Counted from the first letter of the stretch, positions 29,301-37,751 are shown. The stretch is 58,640 nucleotides of DNA from Bacteroidota bacterium (GCA_031411835.1 JANOBV010000136.1:1-58640), one strand, 5' to 3'. Numbers and translations are program-made. Notes: generated by a model not told the origin, from the letters alone.

Positions 29301-31628
29301 TATGGTAGCAATTCAGAGCCAAATCCAATTTCCTATAATACAAATTTAGACCGTTATCTTGAAAAAGAGAGCTACGATATTCGTGGAAATATAACTGAAC
29401 TAACAAGAAACAGTGAAAAGGGAACTCCAATTGACAACTTAATCTACTCCTATTTCCCAAAGTCAAATCAAATTTCTTCAATTTCGGATATTCCGAATGG
29501 AAATCTTCAATTAAATGATTTTCATGATGGCGTTACGAGTACAGGTGAATATAATTATGATGCTGCCGGAAATACAATCCGTGACGACAATAAAGGAGTA
29601 AATATGGAGTATAATTTCTTCAATCTTATTCAACGCATTAATGGCTCAACGGCTATAAATTATACTTACGATGCTTTAGGAACCAAGTTAGCTTCTACGA
29701 TTGGTGGTGTTTCAGAATATTTTGTAAACGGAATAGAATATACCGGTAATGCTTTGACTTCAATCAATACTGAAGAAGGTAGAGCTCGAATTTCTTCAAT
29801 TGCAGTTCCATATTCTGAAAAATATGTTTTTGATTATTTTATTAAGGATCATCTTGGGAATATTCGTGTTGTATTGACAACCGAGGATAAAGACAATTCT
29901 TACTTTGCCACAATGGAACCTCAGAATAATGCTGTTGAAGAACAAGTGTTTTATAATATTTCTTCAACACGAGAGGACAAATTAGTAGGTTACCCAATTG
30001 ATAATTCGTATAGTCCGGATATAAAAGCATCTGTTTTATCAACGGCAACTAATAAAACTATTGGTCACGCAAAAGTTCTTGAGGTGAATGGATCAGATGT
30101 TGTACATTTGAATGTAAGATATTATTTCAAAAATGCTGCGCCAGATAGTACTTCGCACCCGTTGTCCGAAATCCTAAATGGTTTAGCGATGTCTTTCATT
30201 ATAAATCCATCCAATGGAAACTCGGTTGCAGGGAGCGAATTGGGTGACAAGCAAAATTGGGCTGAAAATACTTTTATTAATAATCCGGAGTTGACAAGCT
30301 TCTTAACGCAATCTTATTCGCAAAATGAAATTAATAATCCGGACAAGCCGAAAGCATTTCTTGTTTGGCTTATGTTCTCTAAAAAAGATTTTAAATTTAT
30401 TCCAAGCTCTTCAGGCTTATTGCCCGTAACAGATGCAGAACAATTAGGGAACCTCGGAATTATGGATTTGAAAATGCCGGAAGCTGGGTATCTATATGTT
30501 TATGTATCAAATGAAACCACAAGAACAGTCGATTTTGACCATTTGTCAATTATTCATAAATTTGGAAGGTATGTTGAAGAGAACCATTATTACCCCTACG
30601 GAATGTTGATAGAAGGTTTGAGTTCTGTTTCAAAGTATGCGCCAAGCAATTACAAATTCAACGGCGACTATTACGAAACGCGAAACGAACTTTATAATTA
30701 TCTAACGCCGTTCCGAACTTATGATCCTTCAATAGCACGTTGGAATCAAATAGATCCGATCAATGAATTTAGCAATGGGTACTTTGCGTATGGAGGGAAT
30801 CCGGTTAGTTTTTCAGATCCAACCGGTCTAAAAAATCAATGGGGTAATAAAGGAAATGATCAGGGAGATGAACCACGCCATAAACCGATTGATCCGAATG
30901 ATAATCCGTATAGTGGCGGTGGGTTATATGCAAGCTCATATAGCAAACAGTACCACGATAATGAATGGTATGAATACTATGGTACTTCGCAAGACGTGAA
31001 TGATGCGTTAAAAAATTCCGGAATGACACCGGGCGACTATCCTGAATTAAAAAGTGTTGCATCATTAATTTACTTTAGTGAATCACGAGGTTGTTACGGA
31101 TATTGGAATGATACATACAGTTCTGGAACGGAAAAATTGGAATTTGAATATAATGGAAGTGGAGAGACTCATGAGAGTATATCAGAACCAGTTTTTACTA
31201 GTGAATGGATAGGAGTTAGTTCTGATCAAGGTAACGGGGGTGGTAATTCTTCTGCTGTTTTTTGGAATAATTTGAATACAGGAATCGGCGTTTTTGATGT
31301 TGGTCAAGGAGCGAAAGGAGAACTATTAAACTATGCTGCAAAATCAAGTCCTGCAATAAATGATTTAAAATATGTCAAGGGGTTAAAGGTATTGGGCGGT
31401 GCTACATTTGTCGCTTCTAGTCTAATTTCTGGAGGACTTGCTACAAATTACTATATGGATGGAGGAACGAATTATTCTGTGGGAATTAAAGCGAGTCTTG
31501 ATATAATAATGGGGGGTGTTGGATTTTTGGGACCTATCGGTTTTGGAATAAGTGCAACTTATTTTCTACTTGATGCAGGCGGTGCTTTTGGTGGATATGG
31601 CGACCCTCTATTAACCCCTAAAAAATAA
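23358..31628 (+). CDS. Rhs/YD-repeat polymorphic toxin (DUF6443-type) with signal peptide
   Basis: VGWGW N-terminal motif, YD repeats, YRYNIRGWL, KDHLGNIR, YYPYG, RTYDPSIARWNQIDP, NPVSFSDPTG core end (30827), then a 266-aa C-terminal domain. Confidence 0.93.
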   Translation: MKPNKQICLFALLGSISFSAFSQQFQDAVQPKQNISKSSGVSSGMDLSTGTANPSIPVMSLPTRSGLNVDVTLVYTGGQGLRATELASRVGWGWAINTGGRIDREVKGIRDEKKHGEALNGTDDIKQSGWCDPYGYFNTSLLIHREIYTEASSNPTDEYTYDGIPCNAPISLAEFDQISFVDNTHICDPGTNLFCGERVWTYQANFPVDGIRTAELVDYFRSQTPSGSIPADIWKLEQKKFFFDAQQNNQYAEINYDTEPDVFTFSFGNYNGNFVFDKNGVPVIYPYQDIKIEPAFGANPSTIGWIFTTPDGFKYIFKNTDTESTLVSHDYVWNGSTDSHAEVSTWFLSTIVEPLGSQISFTYRNTGAVDQTIQGQIEPDFILGTHIDLFKDCINNNCAIPTNASKINLRILNKVELDRISSDLGTIEFLEGYAKRYDMPSTGSVAFYPLKNIQLKDIEGRISKKFEFDYDYFGAATCTTYYGAAIPSIHLKLAHFKEMPLTGTSDPLLYTFSYENFTDVITSNRYNFLDKWGYYNNDPSYTMPSTSCSTFNAPCYAINSLILKNEPQGRTEGATRLPSYAFTKEGVLNQITNPLGGVTNYEYELNNYFNTTTNQNENWGGLRIKKIIDKPNGNSSSLQSVKEFKYYTQADHSRSSGEVQPLRRQFDFTDYYNSSGVWQAQYLLRYSNANRDNARDFIRYTHVEVVESGNGKRTYDYSGFTSNPDVSAERWKFDYSNATPWTQYFTDRDNDAGAPQSDYSMYRGLLLHEANYMELPSGSSATENDLKIEETNYEYEFEPTDFVNNVVIPCRVNCNEKLYQASSNASCAKTFNVEYYTIKNDWLFLKRVSKKSFAPINSIYDPSRFSSNEIEYEYNSYHPSQLKMERSQNSDEKITVKRFVYPSDFIDNPSLPINSDESWAIRKMIEAYQINSPLEIYVNDETDPSVPKTINSLLVLYKDYGLSAWNKNMFMPSQILNERFPVPIENFVPIHFSDDGSTISLSYDANYQIDYYYDQYDNFGHCLNEHRDKGSFTSHLWGYSGSILPIAEFKNAKNENRVISGSPYSISGNECSYLGFESYDQPQEGDYWYYIPVASRSPIISTDAHTGKRCQKILEAGNAVTYSGPIPSTTIPINARGSGPFSYSASHVFTPDNQNRIYKLSAWVKTSSNFQTGDAWLVMDVQHKSGTEILDQTSQQNNLGYHYCPIPNSPSDWKFIEITIDLEEFRTQNAALLNSSDNQLNILCYVVNYDNTANNYILLDDIRFSPIDAIGSTLTYNFSRLISSVSNENNIPTYVDRDEFNRDLAVENYKHEVLSYSQYFSSSSYNGNNPNFIKSLSTNVPYTLSEIQNNNFNVDNVISTKTCLDGNGRTIQKIVQNFFTDLSSNKFDLIQTYSYDQYGRQINNYLPYSYAANGNFDSNFITHLTGFYSNADKVAHDTKPYSTNVFESSSTSRVLESKMPGNAWFSSSHSIKHNFDFNSANEVKKWEVLRNGSNELIGAKTMGYFQESTILKTKLISEENKVSFEFYDKSGKIICKKVEAYTDANNKTHDFTVGSTSLSGGSAKLYSTYYVYDEFNQLVYNVTIQNDASGSFSDFTDDENLTDPIFKGFVEAIHYDSHGRVIAKHACDKDWEYFAYNALDKVVLSQNSKLRADNEWLVSKYDGLGRVVATGTSDLGGQTQSQVQESLNQDVVSYVKRTSAGTNGYTFSDTYPFVIDNMLTINYYDKYNLQNSTLAGRDYIQVNSDDPQTYSKFTIGKPTASLVKVLGSGDMLATLNYYDDLGRQLEQQKQNYIDYPNSWDISINKTAFNGQVLKNTRVHNAFGNTLHVVTRYTYDRLNRRTDIYKKIHDEAEVHMVNYTYNSLGQTVRKIIHDQPVWDDSFLQGIDYRYNIRGWLTSINNAELSNDGVLNLDANDVFGEQLFYEQPTISTTTCVPIPLFDGKISQMLWRTKPASGAVSFDLKPIHLYTYRYDDFGRLTAGYYGSNSEPNPISYNTNLDRYLEKESYDIRGNITELTRNSEKGTPIDNLIYSYFPKSNQISSISDIPNGNLQLNDFHDGVTSTGEYNYDAAGNTIRDDNKGVNMEYNFFNLIQRINGSTAINYTYDALGTKLASTIGGVSEYFVNGIEYTGNALTSINTEEGRARISSIAVPYSEKYVFDYFIKDHLGNIRVVLTTEDKDNSYFATMEPQNNAVEEQVFYNISSTREDKLVGYPIDNSYSPDIKASVLSTATNKTIGHAKVLEVNGSDVVHLNVRYYFKNAAPDSTSHPLSEILNGLAMSFIINPSNGNSVAGSELGDKQNWAENTFINNPELTSFLTQSYSQNEINNPDKPKAFLVWLMFSKKDFKFIPSSSGLLPVTDAEQLGNLGIMDLKMPEAGYLYVYVSNETTRTVDFDHLSIIHKFGRYVEENHYYPYGMLIEGLSSVSKYAPSNYKFNGDYYETRNELYNYLTPFRTYDPSIARWNQIDPINEFSNGYFAYGGNPVSFSDPTGLKNQWGNKGNDQGDEPRHKPIDPNDNPYSGGGLYASSYSKQYHDNEWYEYYGTSQDVNDALKNSGMTPGDYPELKSVASLIYFSESRGCYGYWNDTYSSGTEKLEFEYNGSGETHESISEPVFTSEWIGVSSDQGNGGGNSSAVFWNNLNTGIGVFDVGQGAKGELLNYAAKSSPAINDLKYVKGLKVLGGATFVASSLISGGLATNYYMDGGTNYSVGIKASLDIIMGGVGFLGPIGFGISATYFLLDAGGAFGGYGDPLLTPKK

Positions 31629-31638
31629 ATCACTATCT

Positions 31639-32043
31639 ATGATGAAGCCATTTCGCTATTTATTTTACAGACTATACCAACTAATGATAAGTGTTGGAAA
31701 CGGTTTTGTTGCAGAGTATTACGCTATCTTACTGATGACAATGACAATAATGCTTAATATTTATGCAGTAACTTCTTTAGCATATGTTTTTGGTCGAAAA
31801 ATAGATTTAGGATTAAACAGAACATTTACAATACTTTTAACTGCATCAATATTGACAATCATATTTTATTTCGCCTTTGTTCATGATAAGAAGTTTTTAA
31901 AAATAGCAAAGAGCAATGAAAATGAAACCTCAGAAGAGATAAACAGAGGAAAGGTTTTTGCAATTAGTTATTTTATTTTGTCTATAGGATTAATGATTTT
32001 TTGTTTTTACTTGATGATAAAGAAAAACAAAGGAGAATTGTAG
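31639..32043 (+). CDS. Putative cognate immunity protein (3 TM)
   Basis: 10 bp downstream of Rhs; YLFYRLY N-terminus; three hydrophobic helices. Confidence 0.75.
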   Translation: MMKPFRYLFYRLYQLMISVGNGFVAEYYAILLMTMTIMLNIYAVTSLAYVFGRKIDLGLNRTFTILLTASILTIIFYFAFVHDKKFLKIAKSNENETSEEINRGKVFAISYFILSIGLMIFCFYLMIKKNKGEL

Positions 32044-32071
32044 TACTTGAATTTAATTTATCTAAACAGTG

Positions 32072-32102
32072 AAGCCCGCAAATTGCGGGCTTTTATTTTT
32101 TA
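32072..32102 (+). terminator. Intrinsic terminator after the Rhs-immunity operon
   Basis: AAGCCCGCA-AAT-TGCGGGCTT followed by T-rich run. Confidence 0.8.
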
Positions 32103-32197
32103 CAGTTTTATTTTACCGTCCTGCAAATCCTTCATGCGTTTTTTTTATAGGCATTGAGTTATTGATTTTAACCATTGCATTTTTTTCGCCCTCATCA

Positions 32198-32347
32198 AAT
32201 CTTTTTGAATGCATAAATGGTTCAACGGCTATAAATTATACTTACGATGCTCTAGGTATCAAGTTAGCTTCTACGGTTGGGGTGTTTCAGAATATTTTGT
32301 AAACGGAATGGAATACTGGTAATACTTTTACTTCAATCAATACTGAA
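32198..32347 (+). pseudogene. Degenerate ~150-bp copy of Rhs segment 29622-29774
   Basis: AACGGCTATAAATTATACTTACGATGCT and GGTGTTTCAGAATATTTTGTAAACGGAAT are shared exactly; small deletions break the frame. Confidence 0.88.
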
Positions 32348-32407
32348 TAGCAATGGTTACTTTGGTTATTTGAATACAAATTAAAAAAAAACGAAAAAAC
32401 TGGTAAG

Positions 32408-34342
32408 TTAGTTTGAATACCAGCTTTCGGGAATTAATTTTTGTCCATTTCTCCACTCCTCGGTTATGCAGTCCGAAAACTCCTTGTAGTTGAGTTTTGC
32501 ATGGTCAGTTATGATGACCTGAAAATGCGGTGCTAATTCATTTGTTACAGAAAAGATGAAGTCATACATCTGTTTAACAGCTGTTTCATCGGAACTTGTT
32601 GCTGGTTTGCCTTTCAATTCAATATCTTTATCAGGTGGGTAATAAGCTTGAGATGGTTGGTCTAAGATTAAAAATCTTGGAACTGGTCTATCTGCATTCA
32701 CAAAATGCTTGTGCAAAGCAAAATGAATTAACAAATGATAAGCGACCCAATTTGCTCCACTGCCCATTTGATTTAGTGGAATCGACTTTGTTGGGGTATC
32801 GGCAAAAATTGTGAGCTTCTTTATGTCAAAACGAATTGGGGCGGCTTGATGTTCGAGATCCAAATTTTGAGACCAGTTTGTCATTTGAATATTTATCTGA
32901 TTCAAAATTGAATTTAGTCTTTCTTCCTTTTCTTCTGATCCAACTACTTTTTCTAGAGTAGCAATTTCAAGTAGTAATGAGTCGATTTTCGTTTTTAAAG
33001 TTTTATCTTCTTCAACAGCTTTAAAGCTTTCCAAGAACAAAGAAATTTTCCCGATTATTTTCCCTCTCCTTAAATTTAAATCTTTTTGAAATAAAGCTTG
33101 TTCCTGTTCAATGTAAATTGATTTAATTCCGTTTTGCCGAATCTCGATTTGTTTTTTCAAATTGTCTTGTTCTAAATTCAAACGCTCGACATACTTTCCT
33201 AATTTCGGTCTTTCAGAAATTGTTGATGTTAGATTTTCTGAAAGTTCTGCAAGTGATTTATTGATTGCTGAAACAGAAGGAATTTCGGTTTCAATATGCT
33301 GACTACATAAAGGGCAATTATGAAGTTCAGCTTCGGTTTCGCCGAAAAGTTTGATTGATTCTAATCTTGCTTTCTGTTGTGACACTTCAATTGAAAAATC
33401 GGAAGTCTGCTTAATAAAAATATTGACGGCACTTGCGTTATCTCTTTTTATGCTTAACTCTTTTTCGTATTGTGATTTCTCATTTAATAATTTTTTCAGA
33501 TTTTCGTTTTCACCTTGAGCAATTTCGTTTGAGCTTTGTTCCCAAGAAAACGCCTCTTTCAATGCAGTCAGTGCTTGTGTTGCATCGTCAGCAAGCATCT
33601 CTGCTGAAATTAGATCGAGCTGTTTTGCTTCGTTCACTAATTCAAAAATTTTCTGTGAGCCATCATTTTTCAGTCTTTTGTATTCTTTTAAATCCTTTTC
33701 GAGCCTACTCAGTTCCCTCCTTTTGATTGCAATCTCCTGTTCAATTTTCAAGGAGTCTTCTCTCACTGCGCCTAAAAAATAAGGAAGGGTGTCTTTGATT
33801 GCTTGTGCTACAAATGGTTCTGATTGATTATAGAATAAGAAATTTCGTTGTGCAATTAAATCTTGTGGCTGATATGAATAAAATCTGCTATGTTTAAAAT
33901 TGACGGAGAGCGGATCTCTGGATCCAGTCTTGGGTATATTCTTGAATTCAGCAATAAAAAGTTTTTTAGTGAAAAAATCTTTTAGCGTAGAAATGTCAGA
34001 GTTATTTTGAAGTTCGTTGAATTCAGGAATTTCAATTTTGTCGGCATTTGAAAAATAGATATATTGAGTTGTAGCTTGTCCTAAACTATTTGGATTCTGC
34101 CTTGCAATAAAAACCTCTTCTTTCTCATATTGCAAAAGAATTGCGAACCATTCTACAGTCTCGCGAATCACGCCTTCGGAAACTCTGCAATCTTCACTAC
34201 CTAAACAATAATTAATTATATCAATTATTGCGGTCTTTCCAGTCTTAGATTCTCCTGTGATTATATTGACTTTGCCGATTTCAAAAGTTAAAATTCTTTT
34301 AACACCTTCTTTGTTGTAAAATATCAGAGATTTTATTTGCAT
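32408..34342 (-). CDS. lmuB: Lamassu/ABC-3C SMC-Rad50-like ATPase (DUF3732-type, LmuB)
   Basis: Walker A GESKTGKT, coiled coils with CPLC zinc hook, GSGANW signature, LILDQP Walker B, ITDH switch. Confidence 0.85.
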   Translation of the reverse strand: MQIKSLIFYNKEGVKRILTFEIGKVNIITGESKTGKTAIIDIINYCLGSEDCRVSEGVIRETVEWFAILLQYEKEEVFIARQNPNSLGQATTQYIYFSNADKIEIPEFNELQNNSDISTLKDFFTKKLFIAEFKNIPKTGSRDPLSVNFKHSRFYSYQPQDLIAQRNFLFYNQSEPFVAQAIKDTLPYFLGAVREDSLKIEQEIAIKRRELSRLEKDLKEYKRLKNDGSQKIFELVNEAKQLDLISAEMLADDATQALTALKEAFSWEQSSNEIAQGENENLKKLLNEKSQYEKELSIKRDNASAVNIFIKQTSDFSIEVSQQKARLESIKLFGETEAELHNCPLCSQHIETEIPSVSAINKSLAELSENLTSTISERPKLGKYVERLNLEQDNLKKQIEIRQNGIKSIYIEQEQALFQKDLNLRRGKIIGKISLFLESFKAVEEDKTLKTKIDSLLLEIATLEKVVGSEEKEERLNSILNQINIQMTNWSQNLDLEHQAAPIRFDIKKLTIFADTPTKSIPLNQMGSGANWVAYHLLIHFALHKHFVNADRPVPRFLILDQPSQAYYPPDKDIELKGKPATSSDETAVKQMYDFIFSVTNELAPHFQVIITDHAKLNYKEFSDCITEEWRNGQKLIPESWYSN

Positions 34343-34351
34343 GATTTATAC

Positions 34352-34840
34352 CTATGGTTTTATACCTAAAATTGAATATATTGTTAATGGGTTGCCTGAT
34401 TTAGAAAAAACTTTGCCAATCAATTCTGATTTTTTTAAGCAACTATTTACTTCTTCGTCTTCTGTTTTAAACTTAAGTTTCCTCGGTTTGATATTCAGAT
34501 TTCCATTTTCATCGATGCTTAGAGAGTTATGAGCGATTGTAAACATAATTGCTTCTCTTGTGAATGGGATGAAGCTTTTAATGCTATTTGACAAACCAAT
34601 TTTCAAGTCTTCATTTTCGTTTATCCACTTGTGAATTGTGTTTCATTTGTTTTTTGGTAGCCTTGCTCGGATACTATTATTCAAAATCAAAGGGAGAACC
34701 AAGATAGAAAGCGCCTAAGGAAAGCTGTTATTGGATTCTTCCTTGTATGCAACTGTACATACTCTCATTATTTCACCGCAAAAAGCAGGATTTAGTAAGT
34801 GCGCTGTTATTTCAGATCTATTTTCCCAGTTTGGTAGCAT
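34352..34840 (-). pseudogene. lmuC: Lamassu/ABC-3C middle component (LmuC-like) with two in-frame stops
   Basis: MLPNWENRSEITAHLLNPAFCGEI...FP*ALSILVLPLIL...RLPKNK*NTIHKWI...PFTREAI...LGIKP; TAG at 34715-34717 and TGA at 34643-34645; 163 codons, no frameshift. Confidence 0.82.
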
Positions 34841-34841
34841 G

Positions 34842-36014
34842 TTAAATTTTAGTTTTGAAATCAGGGTGCCATCCAACTTTCTTTTTATCCGAAAGAATTT
34901 GACAACTACCCGTTACCATATATAATTCCTTAAACCTGTCCTTGATATGAATATTTGGTTGAGTGTCCACATAGTGACTCTCGTAAAATATTTTACCTTC
35001 TGATTTCTTAACTAATTCATCTTTCTCAGCACTATCTTCTAAGATCGCAAACTTTCTTTCCCAATCATCAATTAATTTTGCATCATAATCCATTTCATCA
35101 GAGGCATTAAGCAATCCATCTCTCATCCATTTTGATTTTTGGCTAAATGCTCTGTGATAGTCACTAATGGCATGACTAATAGTTTTTGAGTTTGAATTTA
35201 CACCAATTGCCTCCAGTTGTTTTACAAATATTTTATTGCGGTAAGGCGAAAGTTGGCCTTCATCTGATGCAATAGAAATATTGAAGTCTGCGGGTAAATT
35301 ATCTACTTTGAAACTGTCGGCTAAGTCGAGAATTTTATCTTGAACATCCTTACCTGTAATTTCTGCTCTTTGATTTTGCAATTGCAAAATTACTTCATTA
35401 ATAAACCATCCTTCAAGCCGTTGATACATAGCTTCAACTTTTTCTTGTGTGGTTGAGTAATACAAAAGTTTCTTTATGCTGTCCTTTGCTTCGTTCAAAT
35501 CAATAGAAGAATCAACAATTGAAATATTTTTAATGAGTTTTTTCTGTTGGGCGTTATTCAATGCAATAAATGCCGAGTAAGCGGCTTTGTTTGTTTCATT
35601 TTTTGATGTGGTAGCAACTTCAAGAAGTGACTTTAAAATATCCTCCACATTTCTCGTTTCACTTTTCCCTTGTTTTAGTTTGAAAGGTATAGTGTCAGCT
35701 GATGCTACTGCCGTTGTAATTAAATTGAATAAACAATTGTCAGGGTCAAGTTGCCCGTTTGCAATTCCTACACTCCAAACTCGTATAGTTTTCCAAAGGT
35801 CTGTGCTTGAGTTTGTCAAGTTTGCAACAGAATTTATATGGAGTTTGGTTTGATATACATTGAGTAAATCAGGTAATTCAATGCTAATGTCATCTATTTT
35901 TTCAATCAATATTTTTGCAAATGGATTTTGTTCTGAAACGATTAGGAACAAGCCATATCTTACCTGATATAGGTAGCCTAGATTAGGTTCGATTGCAGAA
36001 AAGATTGAATTCAT
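34842..36014 (-). CDS. lmuA: Lamassu/ABC-3C effector: Cap4-like PD-(D/E)XK nuclease plus C-terminal domain (LmuA)
   Basis: GYLYQ, EKIDDI, QTKLH, DLWKTIRVW; C-terminal GSCQILSD..VGWHPDF; ATG 36014 preferred. Confidence 0.82.
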   Translation of the reverse strand: MNSIFSAIEPNLGYLYQVRYGLFLIVSEQNPFAKILIEKIDDISIELPDLLNVYQTKLHINSVANLTNSSTDLWKTIRVWSVGIANGQLDPDNCLFNLITTAVASADTIPFKLKQGKSETRNVEDILKSLLEVATTSKNETNKAAYSAFIALNNAQQKKLIKNISIVDSSIDLNEAKDSIKKLLYYSTTQEKVEAMYQRLEGWFINEVILQLQNQRAEITGKDVQDKILDLADSFKVDNLPADFNISIASDEGQLSPYRNKIFVKQLEAIGVNSNSKTISHAISDYHRAFSQKSKWMRDGLLNASDEMDYDAKLIDDWERKFAILEDSAEKDELVKKSEGKIFYESHYVDTQPNIHIKDRFKELYMVTGSCQILSDKKKVGWHPDFKTKI

Positions 36015-36533
36015 TTTGATATTGGAAATATAATTCAAAAAGTTAAATTATGGCTTTTGACCACCATTGACCGAAATTGATAATTTGTTCTAGCAAAAAA
36101 GCAGATACTAATCATTTGTCTTTGAGAACTTTAAGTAAGTCTTTAATATGTATTTTCACGAAAGATAATAAAATCAATACTATTTCAGAAATTATAGCTT
36201 GTATTTTATTAGGTAAATATGACAATCAATAATATTGTCACTTTTGCCTAATGTATTTGTATTTAGGCATTAAGTTGCCTGCGAAACTAATAAATGCGTT
36301 TTCTTGAAATCAAATTTTTAAATTTAATACCTTGTAATCTCAACTAGGAAAATTACCTGCGAATTCTAAATATTATCTTATAAGGAACGAAAAGTAAAAT
36401 ATAGTCTAGCTCGCTAAAATTGTTATTTAGAAAGGAAAGCTTTGGATGGGAAAGCAAACAAAATAAAGATAGTGTTCAATCTTTTAATTTTGCTGTTCAG
36501 GTTGATGGTGCCATTAAGAAGAAATTATGGATT

Positions 36534-36890
36534 TCATTTTCTCCGTTTTTTGTTTGATAAATGACTTTCAGCTTCCTCTTCAATTTCAGAAATAGTCTGT
36601 CTCTTATGATCTCTTAGCCATATATCAATTTCGCTTTTTAGAAAAGCTAGCCGTTTTCCGAACTTTTGATGAGGAATTTTTCGGGCATGCACCCATGAAT
36701 ACACTGTGGCTGCCGCTGGTCGACCCGGAAGATAATCACAGAGATCTTTGAGGGATAACCAGCGTTCTGCTTCTTTGTTTACATGTGATGCCCCGTTGGC
36801 TTGTAAAAGCTCCTTAATCAAAATCAGGTCATTTCGCATTGCTGATACCATAGCAGGTAGTTGGTCAAATGTAGTCGGCCTATCTTCCAT
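36534..36890 (-). CDS. Excisionase/AlpA-like helix-turn-helix protein
   Basis: TFDQLP N-terminus; TVYSWVHARKIPHQKFGKRLAFLKSEIDIW. Confidence 0.88.
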   Translation of the reverse strand: MEDRPTTFDQLPAMVSAMRNDLILIKELLQANGASHVNKEAERWLSLKDLCDYLPGRPAAATVYSWVHARKIPHQKFGKRLAFLKSEIDIWLRDHKRQTISEIEEEAESHLSNKKRRK

Positions 36891-36950
36891 TATTTTTTTA
36901 CCAAAAGAAGATGTCGGCACTGGTGCGTACCGATTCAAATTGGTGCAAGT

Positions 36951-37751
36951 TTATTTATTTTGTGCTTTTTCTAATTCTTGCTGAGCAATTGACTGCGCTT
37001 TCGGATTGGAGATTAATTCATCGATGACTTTTTGTAGTTTATTCAGATGCAATTTTTTTGATCTGTCAAATTGTTGATCTTCTCTGTCGGCTACTGGCGG
37101 CTGAATTCTTTCGCTCGGATAAAGGTGATAATTTTTATAAATCTCGAATATTTTCTTTCCACTATTTTTCGAAATCCATCCATTTAACTTTGCTATTCCG
37201 TCTGAATTTCTTTCGTTAATTCCCTCGTGTTCTCCTGTTATTTTGAGATATACATATTTTAAAGCTATTACATGTTGCGGTGTTTTTACCTTTGAAGATT
37301 GTTTGACAGGGTTCTCATCAATTAATGATTTCAATTCTGCTTCAATAAATATTTTATAGAAACGAAGATTCTCAAAATTAACTACTTTTGCAGATGACAG
37401 GACACCATTTAGATAATTCAATAAGATAATTTTTTGTTGACTGTTAAGTTTTTTGTCTTGGCAAAATTCTCTTATAGCAATTGGACGAGGAAGCGATTTA
37501 TTATTGTTAATAATATGAAGTAAATCAAAAAGCATTTCGAGAAATTGAAACGGTTCAAATAGTCCATTCAATTCTTTTAAGGAAATTTTATAGAGGGCAA
37601 TTAAAAAATCTTTCAGTTTTTCTTTTGCAATTTCCGGTAGCAAATTCATAAATGAGGACTCGCTAATTAATTTATCCATGAAGCTCTCATCGGTTTTCTT
37701 CATCGTAGTCAAATTAGCTAATAAATCTTTTTTTAGTATAGGTTTTTCCAT
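36951..37751 (-). CDS. Hypothetical protein between integrase and excisionase
   Basis: Long ORF co-oriented in the int-orf-xis arrangement typical of Bacteroidota integrative elements. Confidence 0.6.
   Translation of the reverse strand: MEKPILKKDLLANLTTMKKTDESFMDKLISESSFMNLLPEIAKEKLKDFLIALYKISLKELNGLFEPFQFLEMLFDLLHIINNNKSLPRPIAIREFCQDKKLNSQQKIILLNYLNGVLSSAKVVNFENLRFYKIFIEAELKSLIDENPVKQSSKVKTPQHVIALKYVYLKITGEHEGINERNSDGIAKLNGWISKNSGKKIFEIYKNYHLYPSERIQPPVADREDQQFDRSKKLHLNKLQKVIDELISNPKAQSIAQQELEKAQNK

Noticed and set aside
32069-32302. 77-aa ORF as a real gene
   Set aside because: It runs through a terminator hairpin into the degenerate Rhs duplicate; chimeric
32198-32347. DGR template/variable repeat pair with 29622-29774
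   Set aside because: Differences include indels and are not adenine-specific; no reverse transcriptase in the window
36039-36533. Hidden gene or ncRNA between xis and lmuA
   Set aside because: Only a 7-codon ORF overlapping the xis stop and a weak TGCCTAA/TTAGGCA hairpin (36245-36269); insufficient support
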